Assembly (NCBI GenBank): GCA_942492545.1
Contig: CALOFA010000016.1
Coordinates: 30,935 to 94,934 of the forward strand
DNA: 64,000 nucleotides
Direction of reading: 5' to 3'
DNA from: an uncultured Cryomorphaceae bacterium
GTDB lineage: Bacteria > Bacteroidota > Bacteroidia > Flavobacteriales_D > Cryomorphaceae
Shown here: positions 28,239 to 39,182 of the stretch, piece by piece
How the letters are laid out: every line of letters starts with the position of its first letter
Numbering within the stretch: the first letter of the stretch is position 1
Program-made: the position numbers and the translations under genes
The notes under the pieces: model-generated
The model's database searches: none
What the model was told of the DNA's origin: nothing
What the model saw: the letters and a program-made list of their open reading frames with translations, nothing else

Positions 28239-30140
28239 ATGATGGATTTCCAAGTAAAAAGCTTTGATGATTATAAAGCCACCTATAAAAGAAGCGTTGA
28301 ACAACCCGAAGAATTTTGGAACGGCATCGCCGACCAATATTCATGGATTAAAAAGTGGGACAAGACTCTCGACTGGGAGTTTGAAACCCCTGCTGTAAAG
28401 TGGTTTTTGAATGGAAAACTCAATATCACAGAAAATTGCTTGGATCGCCATTTAGAGAAGAGAGGAAATAAACTGGCGCTTATCTGGGAACCCAATGATC
28501 CCAAAGAGCGATTCATCAGATATACCTACCGCGAGCTGCACGAAAAGGTTTGCAAGTTCGCCAATGTGCTCAAGGCAAAAGGCATTAAAAAGGGAGATCG
28601 AATTGCGCTATACATGCCCATGATTCCCGAATTGACCATTGCCGTTTTGGCATGTGCCAGAATCGGAGCGGTACACTCGGTGGTTTTTGCAGGTTTTTCG
28701 GCGCACGCTTTGGCTGATAGGATCAACGATTCGCAATGCAAGATGGTGATTACCGCCGACGGATTGTTTCGCGGAACGAAAGAAATTCCCGTCAAGGCAG
28801 TCGTAGATCAAGCTCTGAAAGATTGTACGTCTGTCGACACGGTTCTGGTAGCCGAGCGCACCCAATGGTCGGTACATATGGAAGAGGGAAGAGATTTTTG
28901 GCTTCACGAAGAATTGGAGAAAGTAAGTGCCGATTGCCCTGCTGAGCCAATGGATTCAGAAGATATGCTCTTTATCCTTTACACTTCGGGAAGTACCGGG
29001 AAACCGAAAGGAGTGGTGCACACATGCGGTGGGTATATGGTCTATGCCGGCTATAGTTTTGCCAATGTTTTTCAGCCAAATGAGAGTGACATTTACTGGT
29101 GCACAGCCGATATAGGCTGGATCACGGGGCACACTTACATTGTCTACGGTCCGCTTTTGAATGGAACGACAACTGTAATGTTTGAAGGAGTTCCGACTTA
29201 TCCGAGTCCGGGTCGATTCTGGCAAGTTTGCGATAAGCACGGAGTCAACCAATTTTACACAGCGCCTACCGCCATTCGTGCCTTGATGGCGCATGGAGAG
29301 GACCACGTCCTGAGCTACGGACTCTATAGTTTGAGAGTGCTTGGAACGGTGGGAGAGCCCATCAATCAGGAAGCTTGGGAATGGTACCATATTCACATCG
29401 GTAAAGAAAAATGCCCGATTGTGGATACCTGGTGGCAAACCGAAACGGGAGGAATTATGATATCGGGATTGGGAAACCACAGTCCGATGAAGCCAACTTA
29501 CGCCGGATACCCCTTGCCGGGAATTCAGCCCGTGTTGCTGGATCAGGAAGGAAACGAAATTGAAGTCAACGGAGAAGAGGGTTACTTGGCCGTTAAATTC
29601 CCTTGGCCCAGTTTGCTTAGAACGACTTACGGAGATCACGAGCGCTGCAAGAACACTTACTTCTCTCATTACAAAGGCTACTACTTTACGGGTGATGGAG
29701 CCCGCAGAGACGATAACGGTATGTACCGAATCATCGGACGAGTGGATGATGTGATCAATGTTTCGGGGCACCGATTCGGAACGGCTGAGATTGAAAATGC
29801 CATAAACTCAAACGACCACATCGTAGCCGAAAGTGCCGTGGTGGGATACCCTCACGAGATTAAAGGTCAAGGTATTTACGCCTATGTGATCACTAAAGAA
29901 AAACCCGAAAATCCCGATAAGCTTCGTGCCGAAATCGTGGAAACGGTGGTCGCTCAAATTGGCAAGATTGCCAAGCCTGATAAAATCCAATTTGTCAGCG
30001 GACTTCCCAAAACGAGAAGTGGAAAAATCATGCGTAGGATATTGCGAAAAGTAGCAGAAGGAGATACGAGCAATTTGGGTGATACCTCAACCTTGCTGGA
30101 TCCTGATGTGGTGGAGGAGATTAAGCAAGGGGCGTTGTAG
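28239..30140 (+). CDS. acs: Acetyl-coenzyme A synthetase (acetate--CoA ligase).
   Basis: Full-length 633 aa with canonical Acs blocks (YTSGSTGKPKGV; TWWQTETGG; C-terminal SGKIMRR). Confidence 0.95.
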   Translation: MMDFQVKSFDDYKATYKRSVEQPEEFWNGIADQYSWIKKWDKTLDWEFETPAVKWFLNGKLNITENCLDRHLEKRGNKLALIWEPNDPKERFIRYTYRELHEKVCKFANVLKAKGIKKGDRIALYMPMIPELTIAVLACARIGAVHSVVFAGFSAHALADRINDSQCKMVITADGLFRGTKEIPVKAVVDQALKDCTSVDTVLVAERTQWSVHMEEGRDFWLHEELEKVSADCPAEPMDSEDMLFILYTSGSTGKPKGVVHTCGGYMVYAGYSFANVFQPNESDIYWCTADIGWITGHTYIVYGPLLNGTTTVMFEGVPTYPSPGRFWQVCDKHGVNQFYTAPTAIRALMAHGEDHVLSYGLYSLRVLGTVGEPINQEAWEWYHIHIGKEKCPIVDTWWQTETGGIMISGLGNHSPMKPTYAGYPLPGIQPVLLDQEGNEIEVNGEEGYLAVKFPWPSLLRTTYGDHERCKNTYFSHYKGYYFTGDGARRDDNGMYRIIGRVDDVINVSGHRFGTAEIENAINSNDHIVAESAVVGYPHEIKGQGIYAYVITKEKPENPDKLRAEIVETVVAQIGKIAKPDKIQFVSGLPKTRSGKIMRRILRKVAEGDTSNLGDTSTLLDPDVVEEIKQGAL

Positions 30141-30233
30141 GAAATAGAGAATTCTATGGGTTGGGGTTTTAGTCTAATCTGTGGTTATTGTTTAACGACT
30201 GCGACTTGGAGGTGATGTCGAAATGGTGTATTT

Positions 30234-30497
30234 TTGCACCAAACGCATTCAATGTCTAGACAGAGCATTTCTTTTACTCAACCCAATAACGAGTGGCTTA
30301 ATCAACAAGTGGAAAGCAAGGAGTACTCGAGCAAAAGCGAGTTGATCAACGATTTGGTAAGGCAAGCACGAAAGCAGCAAGCGCAAGTAGATTGGCTAAG
30401 GGCTAAACTGGATAAAGCAGAGAAAAGCGGTTTTACAGAGGACGGACTTTCGGAAATACTGAGTCGTTCGAAAGCACGTTTCAATGCGAAGCTATAA
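30234..30497 (+). CDS. parD: Type II antitoxin, ParD/CopG ribbon-helix-helix family.
   Basis: 87 aa with N-terminal RHH and the family-typical SKSELINDLVRQ. Overlaps the toxin gene by 14 nt. Confidence 0.7.
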   Translation: MHQTHSMSRQSISFTQPNNEWLNQQVESKEYSSKSELINDLVRQARKQQAQVDWLRAKLDKAEKSGFTEDGLSEILSRSKARFNAKL

Positions 30498-30771
30498 GCT
30501 GAGTAACGAAGCTAGCGAAGACCTCATTAGGATTCACCACTATGGTATGCAGAAGTTTGGCGAAGCCCAAGCCGATAGATATTTGAGTGATTTGTTCAAA
30601 TGCTTCGAGCAAATTGCCGAAAGGCCGTTTTCATTTTCTTCAGTTGAATACATAAAAGCGGGCTATCGGCGAGCGGTTTGTGGCTCTGACAGTATCTACT
30701 TTACAGTAAATAATAGTACGGTCGAAGTGATGGCAGTAGTGGGCAGACAAGATTTAGAAAATCTGCTTTGA
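30484..30771 (+). CDS. parE: Type II toxin, ParE/RelE family.
   Basis: 95 aa, a ParE-like small protein immediately downstream of the antitoxin. Confidence 0.7.
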   Translation: MRSYKLSNEASEDLIRIHHYGMQKFGEAQADRYLSDLFKCFEQIAERPFSFSSVEYIKAGYRRAVCGSDSIYFTVNNSTVEVMAVVGRQDLENLL

Positions 30772-30896
30772 AGAATGCTTTTAACTTCAATAGCTTGGGG
30801 GCGTATCGCAACTCCATCTCTGATTCTAGACTTCGCTTTGCAGAGTATTGCTGCTGCATAAATCTTATGTTTACGGAATGATAGAAAAATATTGAA

Positions 30897-31403
30897 ATGG
30901 ATTCTATAAAAAATCCACCATCGCTCAATAAAGAAGCCCAAGACTACATTCGTAAGGCGACTAACCCCTTCTTGTTTAAACTGGGATTAGGATCGAAACT
31001 TCCTTCTGCGCTTTTTTGGGGACTTCACATCAAATCACTCAGTCTTGAAAAATGTGAGGTTACGATTCCATTTAAATGGCGAACCCAGAATCCGTTTAAG
31101 TCGATCTACTTTGCTGCAATGGCGGGTGCGGCCGAACTCTCAACAGGTGCGCTTTGTCAATTGAGTCAGGCAGGAAAGGGAAAATTCAGCATGTTGGTTG
31201 TTGACTTCAGAGCAGAATACTACAAGAAAGCCAATCAAAAAATCACCTTTACTTGTGCGCAAGGATTGGAACTGTTCGCTTTGATCGATTCTTTGGCTGT
31301 GGGAGATTCTGATAAGCTCACCATGATTTCCACCGGAACGAATACCGATGGGGAAGAGGTGGCTAAGTTTTTTGTGACTTGGTCTTTTAAGCGGAAATCC
31401 TAG
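30897..31403 (+). CDS. Hot-dog-fold protein, DUF4442-like (putative thioesterase-like).
   Basis: 168 aa. Pattern and length resemble DUF4442 / PaaI-like hotdog proteins; the call is weak. Confidence 0.4.
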   Translation: MDSIKNPPSLNKEAQDYIRKATNPFLFKLGLGSKLPSALFWGLHIKSLSLEKCEVTIPFKWRTQNPFKSIYFAAMAGAAELSTGALCQLSQAGKGKFSMLVVDFRAEYYKKANQKITFTCAQGLELFALIDSLAVGDSDKLTMISTGTNTDGEEVAKFFVTWSFKRKS

Positions 31404-31413
31404 ATAGGCACAT

Positions 31414-31448
31414 AAAAAAAGCAGCACTTTCGCGCTGCTTTGAATTTT
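31414..31448. terminator. Bidirectional terminator between convergent genes.
   Basis: A7-GCAGC-ACTTTCGC-GCTGC-TTTGAATTTT. Confidence 0.5.
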
Positions 31449-31462
31449 AGTTTGATAGCGTA

Positions 31463-32888
31463 TTATTTCTTTTCTGAATTATCTACATCTGTTTCGGGTT
31501 CATCACTTGATTCCAAATCTTTTCCCTTCAAATAATCAGGAAGTTGCATTCCCGCCATATTGAACATTTCCTGAAGCGGGGGTACGGATTTGTATAATCC
31601 CGAGATGAAGTTGGAGGTGGAAGTTTTCCCATTTTCTCCGTTTCCTCCGTCCCATACAGTGACCTTATCGATCTTGATGTTTTTAATGGCTTCAGCTTGA
31701 GTTCTAACCAGCTCGGGAAGTTTATCAGCGATGAGTAATAATACTGCCTCTTTTGGCTGGCCATTGGCTGCTTTTACTATTTGGTCCAGACCTTCAGCTT
31801 GTTTGGTCAATACTTCATAAAGACCTTTCGCTTCAGCTTCTTGTTTTAAGAAAATCGCATCGGCTTCACCTCTCGCAATTCTTCGGATTCTTTCGGCATC
31901 CGCTTCGGCATCAATTTCAATCTTACGTTTGTCTATTTGGGCAGGTACAATAATGTCGGCTCCTTGCTCAGCTTCTTTGCGCTTGGCCCGCGCATCTTCC
32001 GCAATTTTCTCAGCGGCATAGGCTTCTTCAAGAGCTTTTGCAGCTTGAACCTTTTCTGAAGCATTTGCCAATCTCTCGGCTTCAGCTTCCCGTGCACGTC
32101 TATCTGCATCAGAATTTGCAATCTGTATTTTCGCTTTGTTTTCTCCTTCTACTGCCTTTGCATTCGCAGCAGCCACTTGTACCCTTTGATCCTGAAGTGC
32201 CTGTGCTTGTCCTATGGCTCCATCTCTGTCCTTTTGAGCCACAGATATTATGGCGTCGTTGATCGCTTTAGCAGCAGCTTCTTTTCCTAAAGCTTGGATG
32301 TAACCACTCTCATCGTGAATGTCAGTGATGTTTACGTTGATGAGTTTCAGACCAACCTTTTTCAACTCAGCCTCCACACTGTGGGTAATGTGCGAGAGGA
32401 ATTTATCTCGGTCGGTATTGATTTCTTCAATATCCATAGAGGCTACAACCAGCCTCAATTGACCGAAGATGATTTCTTGAGCCAGTTCTTTTACTGCTTC
32501 CAAGCTTAGTCCTAGCAATCTCTCAGCTGCATTTTGCATTACACTTGGTTCTGTAGAAATTCCAATGGTGAATCTCGAAGGAACGTTTACCCTAATGTTT
32601 TGCTTGCTCAGCGCGTTTATAAGGTTTACTTCGATAGAAATGGGTGGTAAGATCCAGAAACGCATAGTCTTGGATTATTGGCCAAATGAATGCGGCACCT
32701 CCGTGAACACATTTTGCAGATCCTTCGCCACCAGTTTTACCATAAACGACGAGTATTTGATCCGAAGGACAGCGCTTGTAACGCTTCTGAACATCGAGAA
32801 GATGAATACCACGAAGTACGAGGACAATGACTCCAACGAGGTAAACTCCAACAGGACCGCCTTCCGCGGCTAAAAGAACGGTTTTCAT
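31463..32888 (-). CDS. Flotillin / SPFH (band-7) family protein, YqiK-like. It is split into ORFs 32592..32888 and 31463..32665 by a frameshift near 32641-32647.
   Basis: N-terminal piece …CPSDQILVVYGKTGG…IWPIIQDYAFLDLT continues as PISIEVNLINALSKQNIRVNVPS. The long Ala/Glu/Lys coiled-coil C-terminus is typical of flotillin. Confidence 0.75.
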
Positions 32889-32908
32889 AGACTAAGATTT
32901 TGAATAAA

Positions 32909-33562
32909 TTAATTTGATGATAGTTTTTCTACAAGAAGGAGCTCTGCACTCACTATCTCTGTTACTTTAACAATAGTTGATGTGGGAAGACCTTCAGGGG
33001 CGTCGGTAATTGCTTCTAATTCTCGGAAGCTTCCCTGAACTTTGATTTGAACTTTTCCAATGCTCGAACGGTTTCCCCCAATTGGAAGATAAACCTCTCC
33101 AATTGCACCAATTGCATTATTGATTTTCAAGGTGCCCGATTGTGCAAGCTTGTGCATTTGAAAAAACAGTAGTGAGGTAAGCACCATCATAATCAAACCT
33201 GCAACCGTAGAAATTCCAATGCTCGTCATATTGCTCATTCCATTGTCGAGACAAAGAATTCCAGTCCAACCGAATACGGTGAAGAATGCAATGACATTTT
33301 TAAAGGTGAAGAATTGAAACCCAACTCCTCCATCATCGGCTTCAAATTCAGTACCATCAGCAGCCATGTCTGAATCAATGCCTCCAATAAAAGTGAGAGC
33401 GAAGATGATTAGGAATATGCCAGAGCCCACTATTGCTATGGTCCAGTAGGCTTGTTGGATGGTTGAGAGTCCCTCAAAAAGATCTTGCATTTTTCGTGTT
33501 TTTAACGATTCTAAAACTAAACAAAAATCGAATATGCGTGGTAAAGTGAAATTGGGATGCAA
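32909..33562 (-). CDS. NfeD-like membrane protein (flotillin operon partner). The probable start is the internal MQDLFEG.
   Basis: TM segments plus a C-terminal OB-fold-like stretch GEVYLPIGGNRSSIGKVQIKVQGSFRELEAIT. Immediately upstream of the flotillin gene. Confidence 0.6.
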   Translation of the reverse strand: MHPNFTLPRIFDFCLVLESLKTRKMQDLFEGLSTIQQAYWTIAIVGSGIFLIIFALTFIGGIDSDMAADGTEFEADDGGVGFQFFTFKNVIAFFTVFGWTGILCLDNGMSNMTSIGISTVAGLIMMVLTSLLFFQMHKLAQSGTLKINNAIGAIGEVYLPIGGNRSSIGKVQIKVQGSFRELEAITDAPEGLPTSTIVKVTEIVSAELLLVEKLSSN

Positions 33563-33641
33563 CGCCTTGAGAATACCGAACGGGGTTGGGGAATGGGTAG
33601 TAATGGCTATTAAACGAAAGTCTGTTTTGCCTATTCGATAA

Positions 33642-34440
33642 TCAATAAAAAATTCCCGCTGGCGCTTCTAATCCAGCCTCATCGGTTTTTATAAACTTAA
33701 AATTGCTCAGCTCAGCTTTTCCTAATTGTCGCGTCAATCCCGAATCAACTCTCCACTCCCAAAATTTCCAGCAATGGGCAAGGTCAATTCCATCCACTTT
33801 TTTGTAATCGTGGTAGGAGATGGCATGGGGGTCTTTTTCGGCTTCTTCCACTGAGGTTCCTCCGGCAGCTACTATATAAGCCGCTACTTCCAGCAGGTTT
33901 GTTTGGTGCGGGTTTGAGTAGGTAATGTACTCATCAGGCGCGTCGCCTATGCCTTCTCCGAAGGTTAGTTTTTGAGAGTTGTAGGGCTTTCCATTCAAAT
34001 TGAGTCATACTTGGCTTGTAGACCAATTTGTACCAGGGTCGCTTAGTTTGTACGGAATAGAAAGAAGTACGACCATGTATATGCTGCGAAACGTGCACCT
34101 GCTGTGTTTTCTGTTTCGGTAGAGTCTACAAAAACCTTGTCCTGGTTAAAATAAAGCTCTTTCCCATTTTTGTAAGCGAAATTCTTCCCGCTGAGGAATT
34201 TGTAGCTAAACTCATGGTGCCCTTCAGCCTTTCGGTTCCTCCAAATTCTAGAACAATATCGAATTGGACGACGTCATTACTCAGAAAGTCTTGCTTTGAA
34301 TGGGCTTCTTCGATTTTTTGAGTCGGACTCAACTCCACCTTATCCATTGGTGACTCTGCAGCTATTGTATCCGTGGTGGTAACCTGTCCGCAAGCAATCA
34401 GTCCGATTGCTATCAAAAATAAAATTGCTTGTTTCATGTC
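33642..34440 (-). CDS. Hypothetical lipoprotein, apparently broken into three ORF fragments by two frameshifts.
   Basis: Lipobox MKQAILFLIAIGLIAC. The minus-strand window 33999-34125 is open in a third frame linking the 120-aa and 118-aa ORFs. Confidence 0.3.
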
Positions 34441-34583
34441 CCGAATGTAGAAAGAAGGCACAGTATGGCTTGCGCGGGAAGGCGACATTTTACCTGAATA
34501 TTAGCTAAGGTCTCTTCCTTGCTTTCGCGAAATGGCCATGAATTTTGATTTTTGATGATTAGCTTTATCGCGAATACAGATCG

Positions 34584-35177
34584 ATGAAAAAACCTGAAAT
34601 CATACTTACAGCACTCGTTGTCGTAGCACTGACGATGAACTACCTCAGGATTCCCTTTGGCGGAGTGCTTTCCGTGCTTTCCATATCCGGCTTAGCCGTT
34701 TACTATTACCCCATTTTTCCATTAACGGTGACGGGAAACTCGCTGAGCAAGCTTTTTTCAGGAGCTAAATCAAAAGAAATTTTGCTCTATGCCTTTTTAA
34801 CGGGAATTGGCCTTGCAATCCTGCTTTTAGGTTTACTCTTCAAAGTTCAACTTTGGCCGATGGCAAATGAACTGCTTACCGTTGGGTTGTTCTCTACCGT
34901 TGCGCTGATGGCTGTCAATGCCGTTAGATTTAAAAAATCGGGAAAAGAAGTTTTTAAAGGACTGCTGATTCGCTGCTCAGTTGGGTTCTTTGTTGGGTCT
35001 TTGGCCTACATGATCCCAAACGATGTATTGTTGCAACATCATTTCGGTGATAATCCCGAATACATAGAAGCTTATAGAGAATGGACGCAGGATCCGAACA
35101 ATCCTGAAAAAATAGAAAGACTTCAGAAAGAGCAGATGAAAATCCATGAAGGAAAAATCGAAACCGATACAAATTAA
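34584..35177 (+). CDS. Hypothetical integral membrane protein.
   Basis: 197 aa with 5-6 hydrophobic segments. Confidence 0.4.
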   Translation: MKKPEIILTALVVVALTMNYLRIPFGGVLSVLSISGLAVYYYPIFPLTVTGNSLSKLFSGAKSKEILLYAFLTGIGLAILLLGLLFKVQLWPMANELLTVGLFSTVALMAVNAVRFKKSGKEVFKGLLIRCSVGFFVGSLAYMIPNDVLLQHHFGDNPEYIEAYREWTQDPNNPEKIERLQKEQMKIHEGKIETDTN

Positions 35178-35208
35178 CCAAAGTCAATTCCGCATCGCGA
35201 TGGACCAA

Positions 35209-35868
35209 TCAATCCATGCGGATCTCTGACAAGTCTTTAACGCGATAGATGTACAGTTCAGGTACGAATGGTCTAACCACTTCAATCTGGTTTAAACCTT
35301 CCTCTGATGAGTAAATATAGGTGCTAACACTTCTTTCGCTCCCATCTTCCGAGAGAGCATATTTTTGAACACCTTGAATGTCTAACTCTTTTATTTCACC
35401 TTCTGTTTCCGAAAGGCTTATTTCCTCGCCTATAGGTTCGTGAAAATAGAGTTTCGCTGAGCTTGATCTAATTTCACGTGTGTAGATTTTACTTTGACGA
35501 CCATCTTTTTCGATGGTGTAAAATCCATTTTCCTTTTTGATTTTGGTGTCTGAATAGACGCTTCCATTTACATAGAGAGTAGCCGTGGAATATTGAAGCA
35601 CCCCATCTTCAAAAACAGCTTGAATCTTATTGGTCATTTGCACTTTGAACAGAATTCGAACGGTAACATCCGATGAAATTTCAAATTTCGTCACCTTGCC
35701 GTCATGACTTTTGGTGGCAGTGAGGTAGCCTACATCTTTTTTGTCTGATGTAATCTTGTAATGCCTCTTGTACACTTGACCATTGGCTAAGCCTGCAATC
35801 AGCAATAGGAAGATTATTAAGCTATTTTTCATGTTTACACCTTGTATGACATGTTCTGACTTCAACAT
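35209..35868 (-). CDS. Hypothetical secreted protein. The start is probably the internal MKNSLIIFLLLIAGLANGQ.
   Basis: Signal peptide present; no other motifs. Confidence 0.4.
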   Translation of the reverse strand: MLKSEHVIQGVNMKNSLIIFLLLIAGLANGQVYKRHYKITSDKKDVGYLTATKSHDGKVTKFEISSDVTVRILFKVQMTNKIQAVFEDGVLQYSTATLYVNGSVYSDTKIKKENGFYTIEKDGRQSKIYTREIRSSSAKLYFHEPIGEEISLSETEGEIKELDIQGVQKYALSEDGSERSVSTYIYSSEEGLNQIEVVRPFVPELYIYRVKDLSEIRMD

Positions 35869-35883
35869 TACGTATTGAGTTGC

Positions 35884-36285
35884 CTAAAGGTTAAGGCTTT
35901 CGATATCTTCTTTTCTGAGCGGCTTCTGGAGATACCCCTTCACAGAAGCGTAGGAAAAGGCTTTTCTCTTATCCTTTGGGTTGATACTGGAGCTTAATAA
36001 AATCAGGTGACTTTTATTGAATCTTATCTTTTGTTCATCAATGAAATCCAATACTTCCCATCCGTCTTTTTGAGGCATATTGATATCCAGCACAATCAAA
36101 TCAGGCTCTTTGATCCCCATATTTTCTAATTCTGAAAGTTCCGTGATGAAATCTGATCCGTCATGAAATTCTTGGTAGGAGCTGAATAAATCAGTGCGTT
36201 CAAGAGTCTTCTTGATCAATAGCCGTGAGATAGGATCATCATCTACAATCCAGACTTTTTTTGATCTCTCATCTGATTCTATCAT
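35884..36285 (-). CDS. Single-domain response regulator (CheY-like receiver).
   Basis: Receiver motifs VWIVDDDP, LIVLDINMP and K in YLQKP. Confidence 0.75.
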   Translation of the reverse strand: MIESDERSKKVWIVDDDPISRLLIKKTLERTDLFSSYQEFHDGSDFITELSELENMGIKEPDLIVLDINMPQKDGWEVLDFIDEQKIRFNKSHLILLSSSINPKDKRKAFSYASVKGYLQKPLRKEDIESLNL

Positions 36286-36443
36286 GAATGATTAAGTTTT
36301 ATCGGAATCTCTTAGCTGTAAGGTATGAAAAATGAATTTTAAATATGCTAAGCACTCATTAATATGAAAATTGCGTCTGATATTTATTTCACCATGCTCA
36401 TCATTATTTTCAAAACAATGAGCTATACAAATGATCGTTTTCG

Positions 36444-39172
36444 CTATCCTGTATAACCCATTACCCCCGAAATAGCATTAATACTAAGTAAGAGTGAGAG
36501 TAGTAGCTCCTCTTCTTTTTCTCCATAACCATACTCTTTTTGTTCCCGCCAAGTTTTTAAAAGTCCGATCTGTTTTCGCTGCAGCGGAATAAGTAATTGC
36601 TCTCGGATAGTGTCGAGCTTAAAGAGCTCATCATCTTCATCTACTTCAAAAATTGCTGCAAATTCCTTTACCGTTTTATTTCGTTCTTCTTCGAACATTA
36701 AATGAAAGCGGTTTCTGATTTCATCATTTTCTACGAGCGAAGAGTATTCTTTCATCATGATAGGGTTACTGAAGGACACTCCTGTTGCCGAGATTCTAAA
36801 AAGGTATGAAACGAATGGATCTTCATTGGCAGCTTTTTTGATTTCTGCATATTCTGCACCTCTTTCTTTTCTTAGGCACTCCAATGTTGAGCCAAAACCA
36901 TACCACGAGGTCATATTAAATCCTGACTGTGCCCAAGAGAATACCCAGGGTATAGCGCGCAGGTCGCTCAGTGAATTGGCCCCCGTTCTTCTGGCGGGTC
37001 TGGAACCTATTCTACCCGCTTCGATAGCGTCTATAGGAGTGGCACTGCGGTAAAACAGCATAAAATCCTTGGCGTGGATCAGTTCCTCGTAAACCGCTCT
37101 GCTTTTCTTGGCCATCCATTCGAGGGTGTCAAATAGGTAGTGTTTCTCATTTTTTGACTTGGCAGAAAGCATTGTCTTCGCCAAAGTACCCGCCATAAGC
37201 AATTCCAGATTGTAGACGGCATTCACCCGATTGGCATATTTCTGTTCAATGGTTTCACCCTGTTCCGTAAGCCGAATGTCTCCTTTCAGACTATTTGATG
37301 GTAGGGCGTTGATGAAATCTTTTGTTGGCCCGCCACCTCTGCTTATCGAGCCTCCCTTCCCGTGAAAAAACCGTATGGTAACACCGTGTTTTTCTCCAAT
37401 CTCGGCAAGTTCTTGTTGCCCGCGATGCAGTCCCCATTGGCTCGCCAGAATCCCACCGTCTTTATTGCTATCGCTGTATCCTACCATGACTTGTTGCACC
37501 AAATATTCATCTTCTCGCAATCTCTTTTGATATGCCAGGGTGTTTTTAGTGATGGGGTGGGAGAGAAACTCATCGAGAATCTGAGGGCCTGCCACTAAGT
37601 CATCAATGGTTTCAAATAGAGGAACGACAGGTAGCTTGCAAACCACACCTTCTTGCTCTTTGACTAGCAGGCCTGCTTCTCGGGCCAATACATAAACAGC
37701 GAGCAAGTCAGAGACATGCCTTGTCATGCTTACAATCAGAGAGCCTAAACCTCTACTTCCGTAATTGTCAATAAAGTCTTCTAATACTTTGTAAACTTCA
37801 ATTACGGCTTTTGCTTCTTCGCCTGTCAGATCATTTCCTCCCGTGAATGGTCTCAGGGTTTTAAGCTCACTTTGAATAAATTTCGTTCTGGAAGCAAAGT
37901 CACCTTTTAAGTAGTGATTGCCGTCAAGGTCTGCGGTCGTCATCAATTGACCGATTGCCTTTTCATGGAAAACTGAATTCTGGCGTATGTCAAGCTCAGC
38001 AAGGTGAAACCCAAAGGTCTCAACCAAGCGAAGCACATCGTGGATTTCTTCCTGAGCGACAGTTCTTGCACCGTAAGCCAGCAGAGATTTTTGAAGGATT
38101 CGCAAATCTTCAATTAGCTCTCGCCTGAGGCGGTAATCTGAATGGTCTTGACGAAGTGTGGTAGAGTGCTCTCTCTCAATATTGAGGGGGACTTTACTGA
38201 GAATTAAACCTAAAAACTGACGAAAGGCTTCTCCTTTGTTGCGGGAGAGAATTTCGTTTGCCTTGCTACCCAATTCTTGTTTCAGCTCATTCACTCGGCT
38301 TTGAAGTGCATCAGGCGCTTTGTCCATATGGAGTTGAAAACTGAGCGTTTTTATGAGGTTAAGCAAACGCCTGCGAATCACCACAAATGCATAAAGACGA
38401 AACAACATGAGGGTTTCTTGTGTAATTTGGGCTGTAACAAAAGGATGACCGTCCCGATCTCCACCTACCCAGTCGCCAAATCGATACCTGGGAAAAGCGT
38501 TCTCTTTGATTAAGTCTTTTGAGTCGAAGCCATTTGCCTCTAATGCATATCTCAATCTTCTGTCTAGCACGGGCACTACCTCCGGAAAGACTTCGGAAAA
38601 ATAATGAAGCACATTTCTCCTTTCAGAAGGCACGTCGGGCTTCTCGATAAATATTTCTCCCGTATGCCAAAGCTTGTAAAGATCACGGCGCAATCTCGCC
38701 TCGAGGCTTTTTGATTCGCTTGAAGAAAGCTGAGAATTCAGTAATGTCTTAAATCCTAAAAATACAGACCGATGATGCTCGAGGACGGTTGCCCGTTTTG
38801 CTTCGGTGGGGTGAGCGGTAAGTACGGGCTCAATGCGCAGCGCCAGGAGGGCTTTAAGTATGTCAGTTTTACTAAAGCCTTTTCCAGAAGAATCTGGATA
38901 TTTTTGGCAAAAAGGCCTTCGACATTTCTCATATCAGGATTCTCTTTTTGGCGTCGCTCTTCCACGGCTGCTTTCACTTCTACCATGTTCAGTAAATGAG
39001 CTACAATGCTAAAAAGCTGGATGTGTTTGTCTTCGAATGTCTCACCTCGGTAGTCGCTTACTTCGCCTACCAGAGGTAATTGCATTGCCGTGTCCCTCTC
39101 GCCATTTTCTTCGAGGCTCTGTTTGAAATTATTCAACAGATCTATGAAAACTTTATCTCTATTAAATTCCAT
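36444..39172 (-). CDS. ppc: Phosphoenolpyruvate carboxylase. It is split into ORF 38756..39172 (N-terminal piece) and ORF 36444..38693 by frameshift(s) near 38694-38900.
   Basis: VMVGYSDSNKDGG is a PEPC signature. The N-terminal LFSIVAHLLNMVE block sits in the separate 138-aa ORF. Combined length is about 900 aa. Confidence 0.9.
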
Positions 39173-39182
39173 TCCTTATTGT

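Noticed and set aside
28956-29771. 271-aa minus-strand ORF within acs.
   Set aside because: Antisense to the acetyl-CoA synthetase gene, which has unmistakable conservation.
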